This document shows, in pieces, positions 51,648 to 61,208 of a stretch of DNA of 64,000 nucleotides (position 1 is its first letter; each line of letters opens with the position of its first letter). Below the pieces are notes generated by a model. The model was given only the letters and a program-made list of their open reading frames with translations, did no database searches and was not told the DNA's origin. Both the position numbers and the translations under genes were made by a program. The stretch covers positions 224,001-288,000 of the forward strand of contig CBDCUI010000007.1 in NCBI GenBank assembly GCA_965222615.1, written 5' to 3'. The stretch comes from Gammaproteobacteria bacterium. Its GTDB lineage: Bacteria; Pseudomonadota; Gammaproteobacteria; UBA4575.

Positions 51648-51739
51648 TAAGCACGACTCTCTTATATGAGTAATTACTAAGTTTCGTAGTACCCTACATT
51701 AATTTTTTCATAGCTTCAGACAGAGAAACTACTCTCTTT

Positions 51740-52621
51740 TTACTGCAAAAGCCAAGCAACAAGCATTCGGATTTGTGCGTCATCTAGGCGCTTTTCAAAA
51801 GCTGGCATAACACCATTGCGTCCGTCCGCAATAGTTTGGCGTAAAGCAGCATCGGAATTACCATACAACCAGACGTCATCGCTAAGTCTTGGGGCACCCA
51901 GTGCGACATTGCCCTCACCTTCCATACCATGACAAGCCACACAGTTTTGTTGGAACAGCTTACCTCCTGCAGTAGTGGCGGTAGCGGCATCACCTGAAGC
52001 AAGTGTTTTAATGAAATTGATAAGCTGCGTTACTCCTTCTTCCCCAATAATATTTTGCCAGCCAATCATCGCTGCCTTACGTCCATGCTTTATAGTCTGC
52101 ATGATTTCGGATTCACTGCCGCCCCACTGCCAATCAGCATCATGTAAATTAGGAAATGCGTCGGCCTGCCCTTCGCCATTTGGTCCATGGCAAACCGCAC
52201 AATTTTGAATAAAAATACGTTGTGCCGTATTCATAATAGTCGTATCGTTTTGCAGCTCTGTAATGGAGCGCTGTACAATGTTGCTGCGCATTTGCGCAAA
52301 CTTTTCATCATAATGTATGAGACTTTGATCAAGCCTCCCACCTTGCGACCACTTTAGCATTCCGCTGAACGACCCAAGACCTGGATATAACATCAAATAC
52401 ACAACTGAAACCACTAGTGCAATTAAAATCATCCAAAACCACCACATCGGCGCAGGGTATGACCCTTCACTGAGTGTTTCGTCCCAAATCGGTGACTTAG
52501 ACTCTTCGTACTTATTTGCTGAAAAATAAATGCTGAAAATTAACCATAACAAGCCTAACAAACTGGTGATTGTTATAGCAACAATCCATCCTCCCCAAAA
52601 ATCTGTCGGCATATCAGCCAT
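51740..52621 (-). CDS. ccoP: cbb3-type cytochrome c oxidase subunit III
   Basis: WDETL.E...P.P.WW, YPGLG, CAVCH and CVACH, PNL.D.DW.WGG, GRNGVMPA. Confidence 0.93.
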   Translation of the reverse strand: MADMPTDFWGGWIVAITITSLLGLLWLIFSIYFSANKYEESKSPIWDETLSEGSYPAPMWWFWMILIALVVSVVYLMLYPGLGSFSGMLKWSQGGRLDQSLIHYDEKFAQMRSNIVQRSITELQNDTTIMNTAQRIFIQNCAVCHGPNGEGQADAFPNLHDADWQWGGSESEIMQTIKHGRKAAMIGWQNIIGEEGVTQLINFIKTLASGDAATATTAGGKLFQQNCVACHGMEGEGNVALGAPRLSDDVWLYGNSDAALRQTIADGRNGVMPAFEKRLDDAQIRMLVAWLLQ

Positions 52622-52757
52622 CGCGATACTCGTCTTCTAACGGAATACGTTCCGCTTTTTTTAAAGAATCATTCGAAGATTTCATCGAAACCCAAATGAC
52701 AACTCCGATCATGAATGCCATTACCAACATATCGCCAGCAAAAATAAAATAAGTCAT
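52614..52757 (-). CDS. ccoQ: cbb3-type oxidase small subunit
   Basis: 47-aa ORF between ccoO and ccoP: MTYFIFAGDMLVMAFMIGVVIWVSMKSSNDSLKKAERIPLEDEYRDG. Confidence 0.8.
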   Translation of the reverse strand: MTYFIFAGDMLVMAFMIGVVIWVSMKSSNDSLKKAERIPLEDEYRDG

Positions 52758-52759
52758 CA

Positions 52760-53383
52760 CTATTCTCCCAGCGAATATGCAGTACCAAGAACTTGTAGGT
52801 AGGCAATTAGGGCATCCAATTCAGACTTTTCCTCCAGCGTTGATTCTGCGGTTTCAATGTCTGTGTCGGAATAAGGATGCCCAAGCCTTTGTAAGGCACT
52901 GAGTTTATTGACAATATCGCGATCTTCATTGGCCGGTCGTTGAGCCAGCCATGGGTAGGCCGGCATGATGGAGTTAGGGACCACATCACGAGGATTGAGC
53001 AAATGGATGCGGTGCCAATCATCTGAATACTTGCCACCAACACGATGTAAATCAGGTCCGGTACGTTTTGAACCCCATAAAAAAGGTCGGTCATAAACAA
53101 ATTCGCCGGCACGAGAAAAAGTGCCATAACGCTGTATCTCGGCCACTAGAGGACGAATTTGTTGTGAATGACAAGTGCTACAGGCTTCGCGAATGTAGAT
53201 ATCACGACCGACTAATTCTAGTGGCTTGTAAACTTGCACATTATTAGTTGGTGTAACAAGCGATTCTTGAAACAAACTTGGAAGCACTTGCACAAGTCCA
53301 CCAATCGCTGACACAAACAAAATACCAAAAATGAGTAGACCAACATTTTTTCCCAATAGTTGATGTAATCTAAAGGCGCTCAT
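52760..53383 (-). CDS. ccoO: cbb3-type cytochrome c oxidase subunit II
   Basis: [39 protein letters not shown]. Confidence 0.95.
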   Translation of the reverse strand: MSAFRLHQLLGKNVGLLIFGILFVSAIGGLVQVLPSLFQESLVTPTNNVQVYKPLELVGRDIYIREACSTCHSQQIRPLVAEIQRYGTFSRAGEFVYDRPFLWGSKRTGPDLHRVGGKYSDDWHRIHLLNPRDVVPNSIMPAYPWLAQRPANEDRDIVNKLSALQRLGHPYSDTDIETAESTLEEKSELDALIAYLQVLGTAYSLGE

Positions 53384-54822
53384 GCGACAGCCTCCGATAC
53401 TATCGGTGGTCTAACCGCAATCGTGCGACGACCTATTATTGTATTTATAAAATTATAGGCCATTAGCAAAGTGCCAAATAAAAATAGAAGTCCTGCAACA
53501 AAACGAAGTAAATAATAAGGACCCATTGCAGCCATGATTTCTGTAAAGCTATAACGAAGTTCGCCTAGTTCATCTAAACTAAGCCATAAAACCCCTTGCG
53601 AGATTCCAGCACCCCACATAGCTACTATGTAAAGCATCGTGCCTGCAAGCGCTAACCAAAAATGGAGATTTGCCAAGCGCACACTATACAGTTCAGCACC
53701 AACAAGCCTGGGCACAAGAAAATAGAAGGTTCCATAGGTTATGAGTGCATTCCAACCTAGTGCACCAGAATGCACATGCCCGATGGTCCATTCTGTGAAA
53801 TGACTAATGACATTAACGCTTTTGATTGCAAGCATCGGCCCTTCGAATGTAGCGAGTCCATAAAAAGCCAGTGCAAGTACAATGAATTTCAGTGCGGGGT
53901 CCGAACGAAGTTTTTGCCATGCTGTACTAACCGTCATGATTCCGTTAATCATCGATGCCCAGGATGGCGCAAGTAGTACCAGACTCATGACCATACCTAA
54001 ATTTTGCACCCATTCTGGAACGGCGTTGTAATGCAAGTGATGCGGTCCAGCCCAGATGTAGCTATAGGTAAACGCCCAAAATGCAACAATCGAAAGTTTA
54101 TAACTCCAAATTGGTCGTTCGGCCTGCTTGGGTAGAAAGTAATACATCATTCCAAGAAAGCCACCTGTCAATAAAAAACCTACAGCATTATGACCGTACC
54201 ACCATTGTACGATTGCATCCTGTGCACCGGCATATAAAGAATATGACTTGGTCAAGGTAACCGGTATAGCGAGGTTATTGACGATATGCAGCATCGCTAT
54301 AACGATAATTAAACCACCATAAAACCAATTCGATATGTAAATCTCTTTTATCCGCCGCTTGGCAATCGTGCCAAAGAACACAATTGCAAAACACACCCAA
54401 ACCAGCGTTATAGCAATATCAAATGGCCATTCAAGTTCCGCATATTCTTTTGAACTATTAAAACCAGCGAGTAGAGATAGTCCACCTAACAGTATGGCAA
54501 TTTGCCAAGCCCAACAGGTAAACCAGGCAAGATTCGTTGCATAAAGACGTACATGGCTAGTGCGCTGTACACTGTAATATGCCGTTCCCATGAGTGCTGA
54601 AACACCAAAGCCAAAGATCACCACATTTGTGTGAAAGGTTCGCAATCTACCAAACGATAACCACGACTGCTCAAAGCTCAACCCTGGCCAAACAAGTTCC
54701 GCAGCGACATACACTCCAGCCAACATACCAATTAATGCCCAAAAAATTGAAAACATTACTAAGATTGTAACAATGCGATCACTGTAGATTTCAACGGATA
54801 AATTTTTAGCGGGATCAGACAC
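53380..54822 (-). CDS. ccoN: cbb3-type cytochrome c oxidase subunit I
   Basis: [49 protein letters not shown]. Confidence 0.96.
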   Translation of the reverse strand: MSDPAKNLSVEIYSDRIVTILVMFSIFWALIGMLAGVYVAAELVWPGLSFEQSWLSFGRLRTFHTNVVIFGFGVSALMGTAYYSVQRTSHVRLYATNLAWFTCWAWQIAILLGGLSLLAGFNSSKEYAELEWPFDIAITLVWVCFAIVFFGTIAKRRIKEIYISNWFYGGLIIVIAMLHIVNNLAIPVTLTKSYSLYAGAQDAIVQWWYGHNAVGFLLTGGFLGMMYYFLPKQAERPIWSYKLSIVAFWAFTYSYIWAGPHHLHYNAVPEWVQNLGMVMSLVLLAPSWASMINGIMTVSTAWQKLRSDPALKFIVLALAFYGLATFEGPMLAIKSVNVISHFTEWTIGHVHSGALGWNALITYGTFYFLVPRLVGAELYSVRLANLHFWLALAGTMLYIVAMWGAGISQGVLWLSLDELGELRYSFTEIMAAMGPYYLLRFVAGLLFLFGTLLMAYNFINTIIGRRTIAVRPPIVSEAVA

Positions 54823-54824
54823 CG

Positions 54825-55439
54825 TTAAACCCCCATTGAAGGACCAATTCCATTGATCCAGAAAAATACGGTGATGCCTAGTAGACTAACGAGTGCAACT
54901 AGCAAATAACCAATCAATGACGAAGCCATCAACATGCCACGTTCAGGTGTAGTGTGTAAGACGATTGGCAAACCACGGTAAAGTAAGTACATACTCCAGA
55001 TAAGTGCTGGTATCAGTACAAGAATATTGATAAAAACATCTGGATATAGATGAATAATACTGCCCACTGCTAACGGGGCACCCACAACTGTGATCATGGC
55101 AAAATGAATACCAAGCGAATGTCTTGCGCCATAGGTGCTTGCCATCCATTGCGACACGATTGCGGTACTAATAAATCCAAATAATAGTGCACAAAAGTAA
55201 GCGAGGCTAATTCCGAATAATAGTTCTTTTTGTAAAAGCAGAGGCTCAACCGTACCCAAACGCCATCCAAATTTCGATGTGCCTAGAAAAGCAAATAGTG
55301 GTGGTAAAATCCCAAACCAAAGAGCGACTTTAAAAAATACCGATGTGGGTGATGGTTTTAATTCAGACAATTGTTGAAATACAACATTCGGCTGAAACAG
55401 CAACCGAATCATCAATAATGGTGAAAATGATTGTGGCAT
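54825..55439 (-). CDS. Yip1 / DUF1282 family membrane protein
   Basis: LLFQP...F, GT...GW, WMA.TYG, YLLY.GLP....T..ERG; ends 2 bp before the ccoN start. Confidence 0.8.
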   Translation of the reverse strand: MPQSFSPLLMIRLLFQPNVVFQQLSELKPSPTSVFFKVALWFGILPPLFAFLGTSKFGWRLGTVEPLLLQKELLFGISLAYFCALLFGFISTAIVSQWMASTYGARHSLGIHFAMITVVGAPLAVGSIIHLYPDVFINILVLIPALIWSMYLLYRGLPIVLHTTPERGMLMASSLIGYLLVALVSLLGITVFFWINGIGPSMGV

Positions 55440-55583
55440 AGTAGTTAGGATTTATAGTCAGTAATTTCGTATTTAATATTTTTACCTAAATAACTATTAA
55501 TAACCGCTATGCTTACGTTGAAAAGTCGTGTGGTTTATTTTTTATAAGAAAACATAAAATATACTAAGTATTTTTATATATTA

Positions 55584-55597
55584 TTGATCCAGGACAA
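55584..55597. promoter_or_regulatory. FNR-type binding site upstream of the yip1-ccoNOQP operon
   Basis: TTGAT-CCAG-GACAA versus consensus TTGAT-N4-ATCAA (8/10). Confidence 0.6.
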
Positions 55598-55651
55598 ATA
55601 ATGATTAATTACTATGAACATCTGGATTTACAACACGAGTTGCTATTAAGC

Positions 55652-55685
55652 AAAAAAAAAACCGCAGTTGAAATAACTGCGGTTT
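55652..55685 (-). terminator. Intrinsic terminator closing the GST-GST-monooxygenase operon
   Basis: Stem AAACCGCAGTT-GAAAT-AACTGCGGTTT with an A-tract at 55652-55660 (U-tract on the minus strand). Confidence 0.85.
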
Positions 55686-55729
55686 AATAAGTACTAGAAG
55701 AAACTTATATTATTACAAAAATGTAATAT

Positions 55730-55936
55730 TTATATTTTCCAGTGAAAGGCTTCTTCCCCGGAAATCGCAAAAAACATCCAGACATCAATAAGCAACACAA
55801 TTAAGAAAATAATTGACGTTCCCAGTGCCCAGAATGGGTTAAAGTGATGATCACCAACACCTATTGCATACAGTATAAAGCCCACCACACCTGTAAACGC
55901 GGCAATGGCTAGCAAAGCAAGTTGAACTTTAGACAT
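55730..55936 (-). CDS. Small 2-TM membrane protein (68 aa)
   Basis: GAGG RBS before ATG 55936; two hydrophobic helices joined by a GDHHFNP loop. Confidence 0.7.
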   Translation of the reverse strand: MSKVQLALLAIAAFTGVVGFILYAIGVGDHHFNPFWALGTSIIFLIVLLIDVWMFFAISGEEAFHWKI

Positions 55937-55964
55937 TACGAATACCTCGCATATTAAACAATTA

Positions 55965-57149
55965 TTAATCTGGTTTTTCGCACAATGGCATGTCATACCA
56001 CCCTGCGTTGTAATTCATACGAGCAGCGATCTTACGTTCGCCTTCGCTGGCTCTATTCTCATCCCAGTCTGCAAGACGAGGTTTAATGAATTTTTCCCAA
56101 AGCGGTGGTACCAGTAACAATGCAAGCATCGCATAGTAGCCATAGCCCGTATCAGGAGCACCACAATCTTCTAACTCCCAGAAATGAGTTTCACCGCGGT
56201 CATGGTGGTCGGCCTGACGACCGATTTCAATGAAACCCCATTGGGTAAAGGGTGACTCGCCTACATCCCAAGAATGATGGTAATCAATCGGCTGACCTTT
56301 TTCTCGAATCAAACCATAGTGCTCTAAGTAATTAAGCACTTCTAATTCAAATGCTGAAATCACCCAGCTACCTACCATGACTCCTAAACCGATCCAACCA
56401 GCTGCAAACCAAAACATGAAAATGGTTGGAAGACTCATGGCATAACCGCGTATCCAACGATTTTGCCAAGAGATAAATGGCACACCTAACCTCGCCAGGC
56501 GTTGTTTCTCCATCACATATAAAAATCTGGATTGGCCAAAGTGAGAAAGCAGATAATGCTTATAAATGCTGCGACCTCTTGGTGAAGTAGCCGGATCATC
56601 TTCACAGCCTAATTCCAAGTGATGGTTGTAGACATGGGCATAGCAAAAATGTGCAATACCGCTTAGCGCCATCATCCAGCGTGCCAGTACAAAGGTAGGC
56701 CCTTTGGTATGGGCAAGCTCGTGCCCAAACATGATACCTAGCCCCATATAGATGCCTGCGGACACCGTAGCTCCATACATTTGCCAGCCGGTGACACCAT
56801 GATGAATATCTATTCCGAGTATTTGATTAGGTCCAAAAGAATTGCCGGTGGCAAACTCATATACACGCCACACCAGCGCGAGTTGCAGCATGACAAACAC
56901 CGGATACTGTGCCCACATCATTACCTTTAATAACTTGTCGATTCCATATAGATCACCATTGGCATCTCGGCCTGCAGGCTCCGCATGAATGGACTTAGCC
57001 GCACTGGTGGCCCAGTCGACAATCACAGACAAGATTAAAAGAACCACTCCTGTCCACACCCATGGACCGCCAATTACAAGGCCTACCATGGTTAGGAAAA
57101 TTAGAGCAGGTGTTTCGAAATATCGAAGATTTACTAAAAATTTATGCAT
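55965..57149 (-). CDS. Membrane di-iron monooxygenase, AlkB/XylM family (XylM-like C-terminus)
   Basis: His boxes HELAH, HVYNHH, NYLEHYG, RQADHH; DPATSPRG; C-terminus PPLW...KPRL.DWD...A..GER..A...N..AGW as in XylM. Confidence 0.88.
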   Translation of the reverse strand: MHKFLVNLRYFETPALIFLTMVGLVIGGPWVWTGVVLLILSVIVDWATSAAKSIHAEPAGRDANGDLYGIDKLLKVMMWAQYPVFVMLQLALVWRVYEFATGNSFGPNQILGIDIHHGVTGWQMYGATVSAGIYMGLGIMFGHELAHTKGPTFVLARWMMALSGIAHFCYAHVYNHHLELGCEDDPATSPRGRSIYKHYLLSHFGQSRFLYVMEKQRLARLGVPFISWQNRWIRGYAMSLPTIFMFWFAAGWIGLGVMVGSWVISAFELEVLNYLEHYGLIREKGQPIDYHHSWDVGESPFTQWGFIEIGRQADHHDRGETHFWELEDCGAPDTGYGYYAMLALLLVPPLWEKFIKPRLADWDENRASEGERKIAARMNYNAGWYDMPLCEKPD

Positions 57150-57216
57150 CGTTAACTTCTCCCTACTACTTAAGTAAATTATAGCTTTGTTTAAACCTCA
57201 TTATTATTTATTTTAT

Positions 57217-58026
57217 TTAAAAATCACTAATTCGTATATGCTTAAGACGCCCTTGTAAGGTTTCTTCTGCACTAGGCAGCATGTCGTAAGCAACAATATC
57301 CTGGCCACACTGGCTTTTTCTGGATTTAATTCGATTAAACCAGCTTTTGATATTCTTTCTTTCATCAATTAATGCACCACAGCCGGCAACCTCGCAAAGA
57401 TGGCAATACGCCGTCCAATGAAGATCTGCCCAGGTGTACTTGTCACACACAATGTATTTATTACTTTCTAATTGCTTGTCCAAAGCATCAAAAAATACCT
57501 TAAGGTCTTCACCACAGGCATTAATCACTTCCATATCAGGTGAATAAGATGGATCGTCTATTTTCTTTTTAATGGCTTCGTCAGCAATACGGTTTACACA
57601 CGGTGCAACATTCGTGACCGCGATATCAACCCAATAATTTTGCATAGCTGCCAACGCAGCATTACGTGGTGTCAACGCATATCCCAATCCTCTCGCATCG
57701 GCAAAGGCAGTAATGGCATCACCACCACAAGTTACGAAATCTAACTCTTTTACACAAGGCGTGATAGAAAATGGAGAAATTTCTGCAATTAAATCATCCT
57801 GATTATCAACTGCATCGGTAACCATACTATAGCAATCCATTTCCATACCTTGTTCCGCCGCCGTGATAATACATTTGAGGGTATCTGCATCAGATGGACA
57901 ACCGACCAGTTCAAGCACATATTGTGTTTTTTTCAAGTCACCTGCTAGTCCATAACGTGACTCATCGGTACTTTCAGTTTTTTCACATCCAGCTTTTTCA
58001 GCCATTAATTCGAATATATCTGACAT
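57217..58026 (-). CDS. GST-fold protein B (Cys-rich, N-terminal extension)
   Basis: ISPFSITPCV (cis-Pro region), ALDKQL...YIV...TWADLHW N-cap motif, NIKSWF.RI..R. Confidence 0.8.
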   Translation of the reverse strand: MSDIFELMAEKAGCEKTESTDESRYGLAGDLKKTQYVLELVGCPSDADTLKCIITAAEQGMEMDCYSMVTDAVDNQDDLIAEISPFSITPCVKELDFVTCGGDAITAFADARGLGYALTPRNAALAAMQNYWVDIAVTNVAPCVNRIADEAIKKKIDDPSYSPDMEVINACGEDLKVFFDALDKQLESNKYIVCDKYTWADLHWTAYCHLCEVAGCGALIDERKNIKSWFNRIKSRKSQCGQDIVAYDMLPSAEETLQGRLKHIRISDF

Positions 58027-58066
58027 AACTATTTCCTGTTTTAATTTTTTATATATCTAGAAAACC

Positions 58067-58681
58067 TTATGCGGCCACTTTTTCAGCTTTGGTATCATAA
58101 CCAGGAATTTCGGTTTTCATTTTAGTCAACCATTTACTGATATTTCCATACTTACTAAGCATGTCACCGTGACCCTCTTCTTCTAAGACCTTACACACAG
58201 CAGACCAATGAATATCAGCAAGAGAAAACTCACCTACAATATAATTTTTATCCACAAGATTATTATCAAGACTTTCTAGAACGGCTGTCGCCTGATCTAC
58301 ATTACTAGCGAGATCACCCATAATTGACTCACATTTAGTTCGAAGCACTTGAGTCCAGTATTGTTGCATTGCCAATACTCTTGCTTTTCTCGGATGGATG
58401 GAGGGAGTTTGTCCTTTGATATTTAAATACGTTAATACTGCGCTAGCGCCACATACGGTAAAATCGCCATCCTCAATACAGGGATAACGTTCAAGACCCG
58501 ACATCTTCATTGACGCCGACATCTTATCCTCAAGAACAGAGGATTCGCCCCATTCAATCTCGACAGGCAGTTTTCTGTATGACGCTAAAAAGATACATTT
58601 ATAGGAGCCAGCATCACCAGATTTACAGATAAGTTTCAGTTTGTCGCCAGCTTTTTTTTGTTTTGAACCAAATAAACCCAT
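58067..58681 (-). CDS. GST-fold protein A
   Basis: YPCIEDGDFTV.G..AVLTYL, LDNNL....YIVGEFSLADIHW, NISKW; GGAG RBS supports ATG 58681. Confidence 0.8.
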   Translation of the reverse strand: MGLFGSKQKKAGDKLKLICKSGDAGSYKCIFLASYRKLPVEIEWGESSVLEDKMSASMKMSGLERYPCIEDGDFTVCGASAVLTYLNIKGQTPSIHPRKARVLAMQQYWTQVLRTKCESIMGDLASNVDQATAVLESLDNNLVDKNYIVGEFSLADIHWSAVCKVLEEEGHGDMLSKYGNISKWLTKMKTEIPGYDTKAEKVAA

Positions 58682-58860
58682 AATAGAAATCTCCAAATAT
58701 TAATTGCTATGGCATTACTTAAGTATAGACGAGGTCGAAATCTAGCCCCTACCAAAAAACAACACCCAAAATAAGGGATATAACCCCTCTATCTGTTATA
58801 AATGCTAGTCCTTTAACAAAATTATGTAAAATAGAATACTAATATCTCCCGTATAAAGTC

Positions 58861-58874
58861 CTGACTTAAGTCAG
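58861..58874. promoter_or_regulatory. CRP/FNR-type palindrome in the GST-A / fnr divergent promoter
   Basis: Perfect palindrome CTGAC-TTAA-GTCAG; weaker copy CTGAT-CTGG-GGCAG at 58925-58938. Confidence 0.5.
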
Positions 58875-59049
58875 CAAAAAATTAGGCTAATTATTTTCTG
58901 TAACAGAAGTCAGTTTCATTTATACTGATCTGGGGCAGGAAAGATTGATTTTTTGCTTGCATTAAAAATTCAAGCATCAATCCAGGTACACAAGTTACTT
59001 AAAAGATGGGCATTACCAAATATGGAAGTTAACAAATATCTATAGCGCA

Positions 59050-59796
59050 ATGACTACTCTTACCAAACAAAAAATAATCCTCAAACCATTGAAGGCTTCC
59101 TGCCAAAACTGCTCCTTGGTTGAACTATGCCTACCTAGAGGCTTAAGCAATAGCGATTTAAGCACTTTAGATGATGTTATTCAGCAACGTCGATTAGCGC
59201 ATAAGGGTGAAGTAATTTTTAGCCAAGGCGAAAAATCCGGTTGTATCTTTGCGGTAAGATCCGGTTCTGTAAAAACCTACACAACTGCAAAAAACGGTGA
59301 AGAACAAATTTTAGGCTTTCATCTTCCTGGGGAGCTACTTGGCTTGGACGGTTTAGATAATCAAATACACAGCTGTTCGGCAGTGGCTCTGGATACCGCC
59401 ACCATATGTGAAATGCCGGTAATTGATCTAAGTATTCTATGTGTAAAAATGCCTGGGTTACAACAGCGACTCCTCAGCTTGATTAGCAACGAGATTACTA
59501 AAGACCATACCATGCTATTGTTACTAGCAAGACGTAACGCCGAACAGAAACTAGCAACGTTTTTCATTGACATATCTGGCAGACTAAAGGAACGCGGTTA
59601 TTCAGCCGATGAATTTGATTTAACAATGAGCCGATACGATATTGGAAACTATTTAGGACTAGCGGATGAAACAGTAAGCAGATTGATATCAAAATTTAGA
59701 GAAAATAATATTATCAATGCGGACAGAAAAAAAATATCAATTCTTGATCACTATTCACTGTACCAAATTGCTGAGGGTGATTATAGTCTCAATTAA
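59050..59796 (+). CDS. fnr: Fumarate/nitrate reduction regulator (O2-sensing [4Fe-4S] FNR/Anr)
   Basis: CQNCSLVELC, GEEQILGFHLPGELLG, fourth Cys in TICE, MSRYDIGNYLGLADETVSR. Confidence 0.92.
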   Translation: MTTLTKQKIILKPLKASCQNCSLVELCLPRGLSNSDLSTLDDVIQQRRLAHKGEVIFSQGEKSGCIFAVRSGSVKTYTTAKNGEEQILGFHLPGELLGLDGLDNQIHSCSAVALDTATICEMPVIDLSILCVKMPGLQQRLLSLISNEITKDHTMLLLLARRNAEQKLATFFIDISGRLKERGYSADEFDLTMSRYDIGNYLGLADETVSRLISKFRENNIINADRKKISILDHYSLYQIAEGDYSLN

Positions 59797-60045
59797 TTTT
59801 TTAGTTAACCAAACCAAATGCTACTGTGAAAAATCGGGGCATGATCACAGCGCTGAAATAATTACTTTAGCGCCTTTATTTTTTACATTTTTATATTAAA
59901 AACAGACATCTAATTAAGTGCTTACAAATAAAAATTAGTTTCAATTTTTAGTATTTGCGCTTAAAATAGTATTAAGAACATACAAGTTCAAAACAAAATT
60001 TATAAACCATTTATATAATCAATAAACTCAAACTTAAGTACAATT

Positions 60046-60414
60046 ATGGATCAATCTCTATACGAAAAAATTGGTGGCGAAGAGACTGTTACAAAAGCAG
60101 CAAACTTTTTATATGTAAATATATTACATGATGATCGAATAAAAGATTTCTTTGATGATGTCGATATTGATAAACAAAAACGTAAAATGACAGCTTTTTT
60201 AACCTATATCTTTGGGGGACCATCACTTTATCTCGGTAAAGATATGCGCAGAGCACATAAAGACGCTGTTGAACACGGCTTAAGCGATGAGCATGTGGAC
60301 GCAATGATGGAATGCGTTCATACGACCTTGAATGAAATTGGCATTGAAAAAGACTTAGTAATTGAAGTTATTAATAAAATAGAACAACATCGGGATGACG
60401 TACTTAACAAGTGA
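60046..60414 (+). CDS. Group I truncated haemoglobin (2/2 globin)
   Basis: SLYEKIGG, D.RI..FF, FL....GGP..Y.GKDM..AH. Confidence 0.9.
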   Translation: MDQSLYEKIGGEETVTKAANFLYVNILHDDRIKDFFDDVDIDKQKRKMTAFLTYIFGGPSLYLGKDMRRAHKDAVEHGLSDEHVDAMMECVHTTLNEIGIEKDLVIEVINKIEQHRDDVLNK

Positions 60415-60640
60415 ACTATAGTTCATAGTAATCCGACGTACTACAAATGAGTTAGTTTTTTTGTAAATTATAATTATTCTATTTTTTACGTTTTTTAGTA
60501 AGACTTTAAACTAAATATCTCTTGCTCAACCAGTATTATAGATACCACTATTTAAGCAACTGATAGGTACATATTCATTACCTGTTAGCATTTTTTTTTG
60601 ATCACTATCGAAATTCTTCTTATAGTTTAATTTACTTCTC

Positions 60641-60654
60641 TTGATCTAAATCAA
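60641..60654. promoter_or_regulatory. Consensus FNR box upstream of the cytochrome c gene
   Basis: TTGAT-CTAA-ATCAA, 10/10 match. Confidence 0.8.
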
Positions 60655-60713
60655 ATTTTAGTACGTTAAATTTAATACTCTAAATTCAGGATTTTATTTT
60701 GATCGAGTATTTA

Positions 60714-61148
60714 ATGCGTGTACTGATTTTTATTATTACAGCTACTTTGGCGAACATATCTTATGCAAATGAGATTAACACTTTAAGCGAAATAGATGAT
60801 CTCGTAATCGAAGGCGGAAAAGAGTTTCAACAAAGATGCGCCATTTGCCATGGAGAAAATGGCAAAGGCGATGGACCATATTCTTTTGCCTTAGTGTTTA
60901 AACCAGCTGACTTAACCAAATTATTAATTGAAAATGATGGTTACTTCCCTTTTTTAGAAACCTATTTAATTATCGATGGACGGGATATGTTAAAAACTCA
61001 CGGGACCCGTTTAATGCCTATCTGGGGCGATCGATATAGTGAGGAAACCTGGTCAACTGTGAGCCCAGAGTATGGAAAAACTTTAGTCAGAGGCCGTATT
61101 TTCGAATTACTTTTGTACCTATATTCTATTCAAGAACTTTCTTTATAA
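60714..61148 (+). CDS. Monohaem cytochrome c
   Basis: Signal peptide, CAICHG..GKGDGP, PADLT, IDGR....HG...MP.WG; start ATG 60714 or TTG 60699. Confidence 0.85.
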   Translation: MRVLIFIITATLANISYANEINTLSEIDDLVIEGGKEFQQRCAICHGENGKGDGPYSFALVFKPADLTKLLIENDGYFPFLETYLIIDGRDMLKTHGTRLMPIWGDRYSEETWSTVSPEYGKTLVRGRIFELLLYLYSIQELSL

Positions 61149-61208
61149 TCTTTTTTTATCTTAATAAACACTAGTGGTTAAGATAAGCTTCTATGTATTT
61201 GGTAGAGC

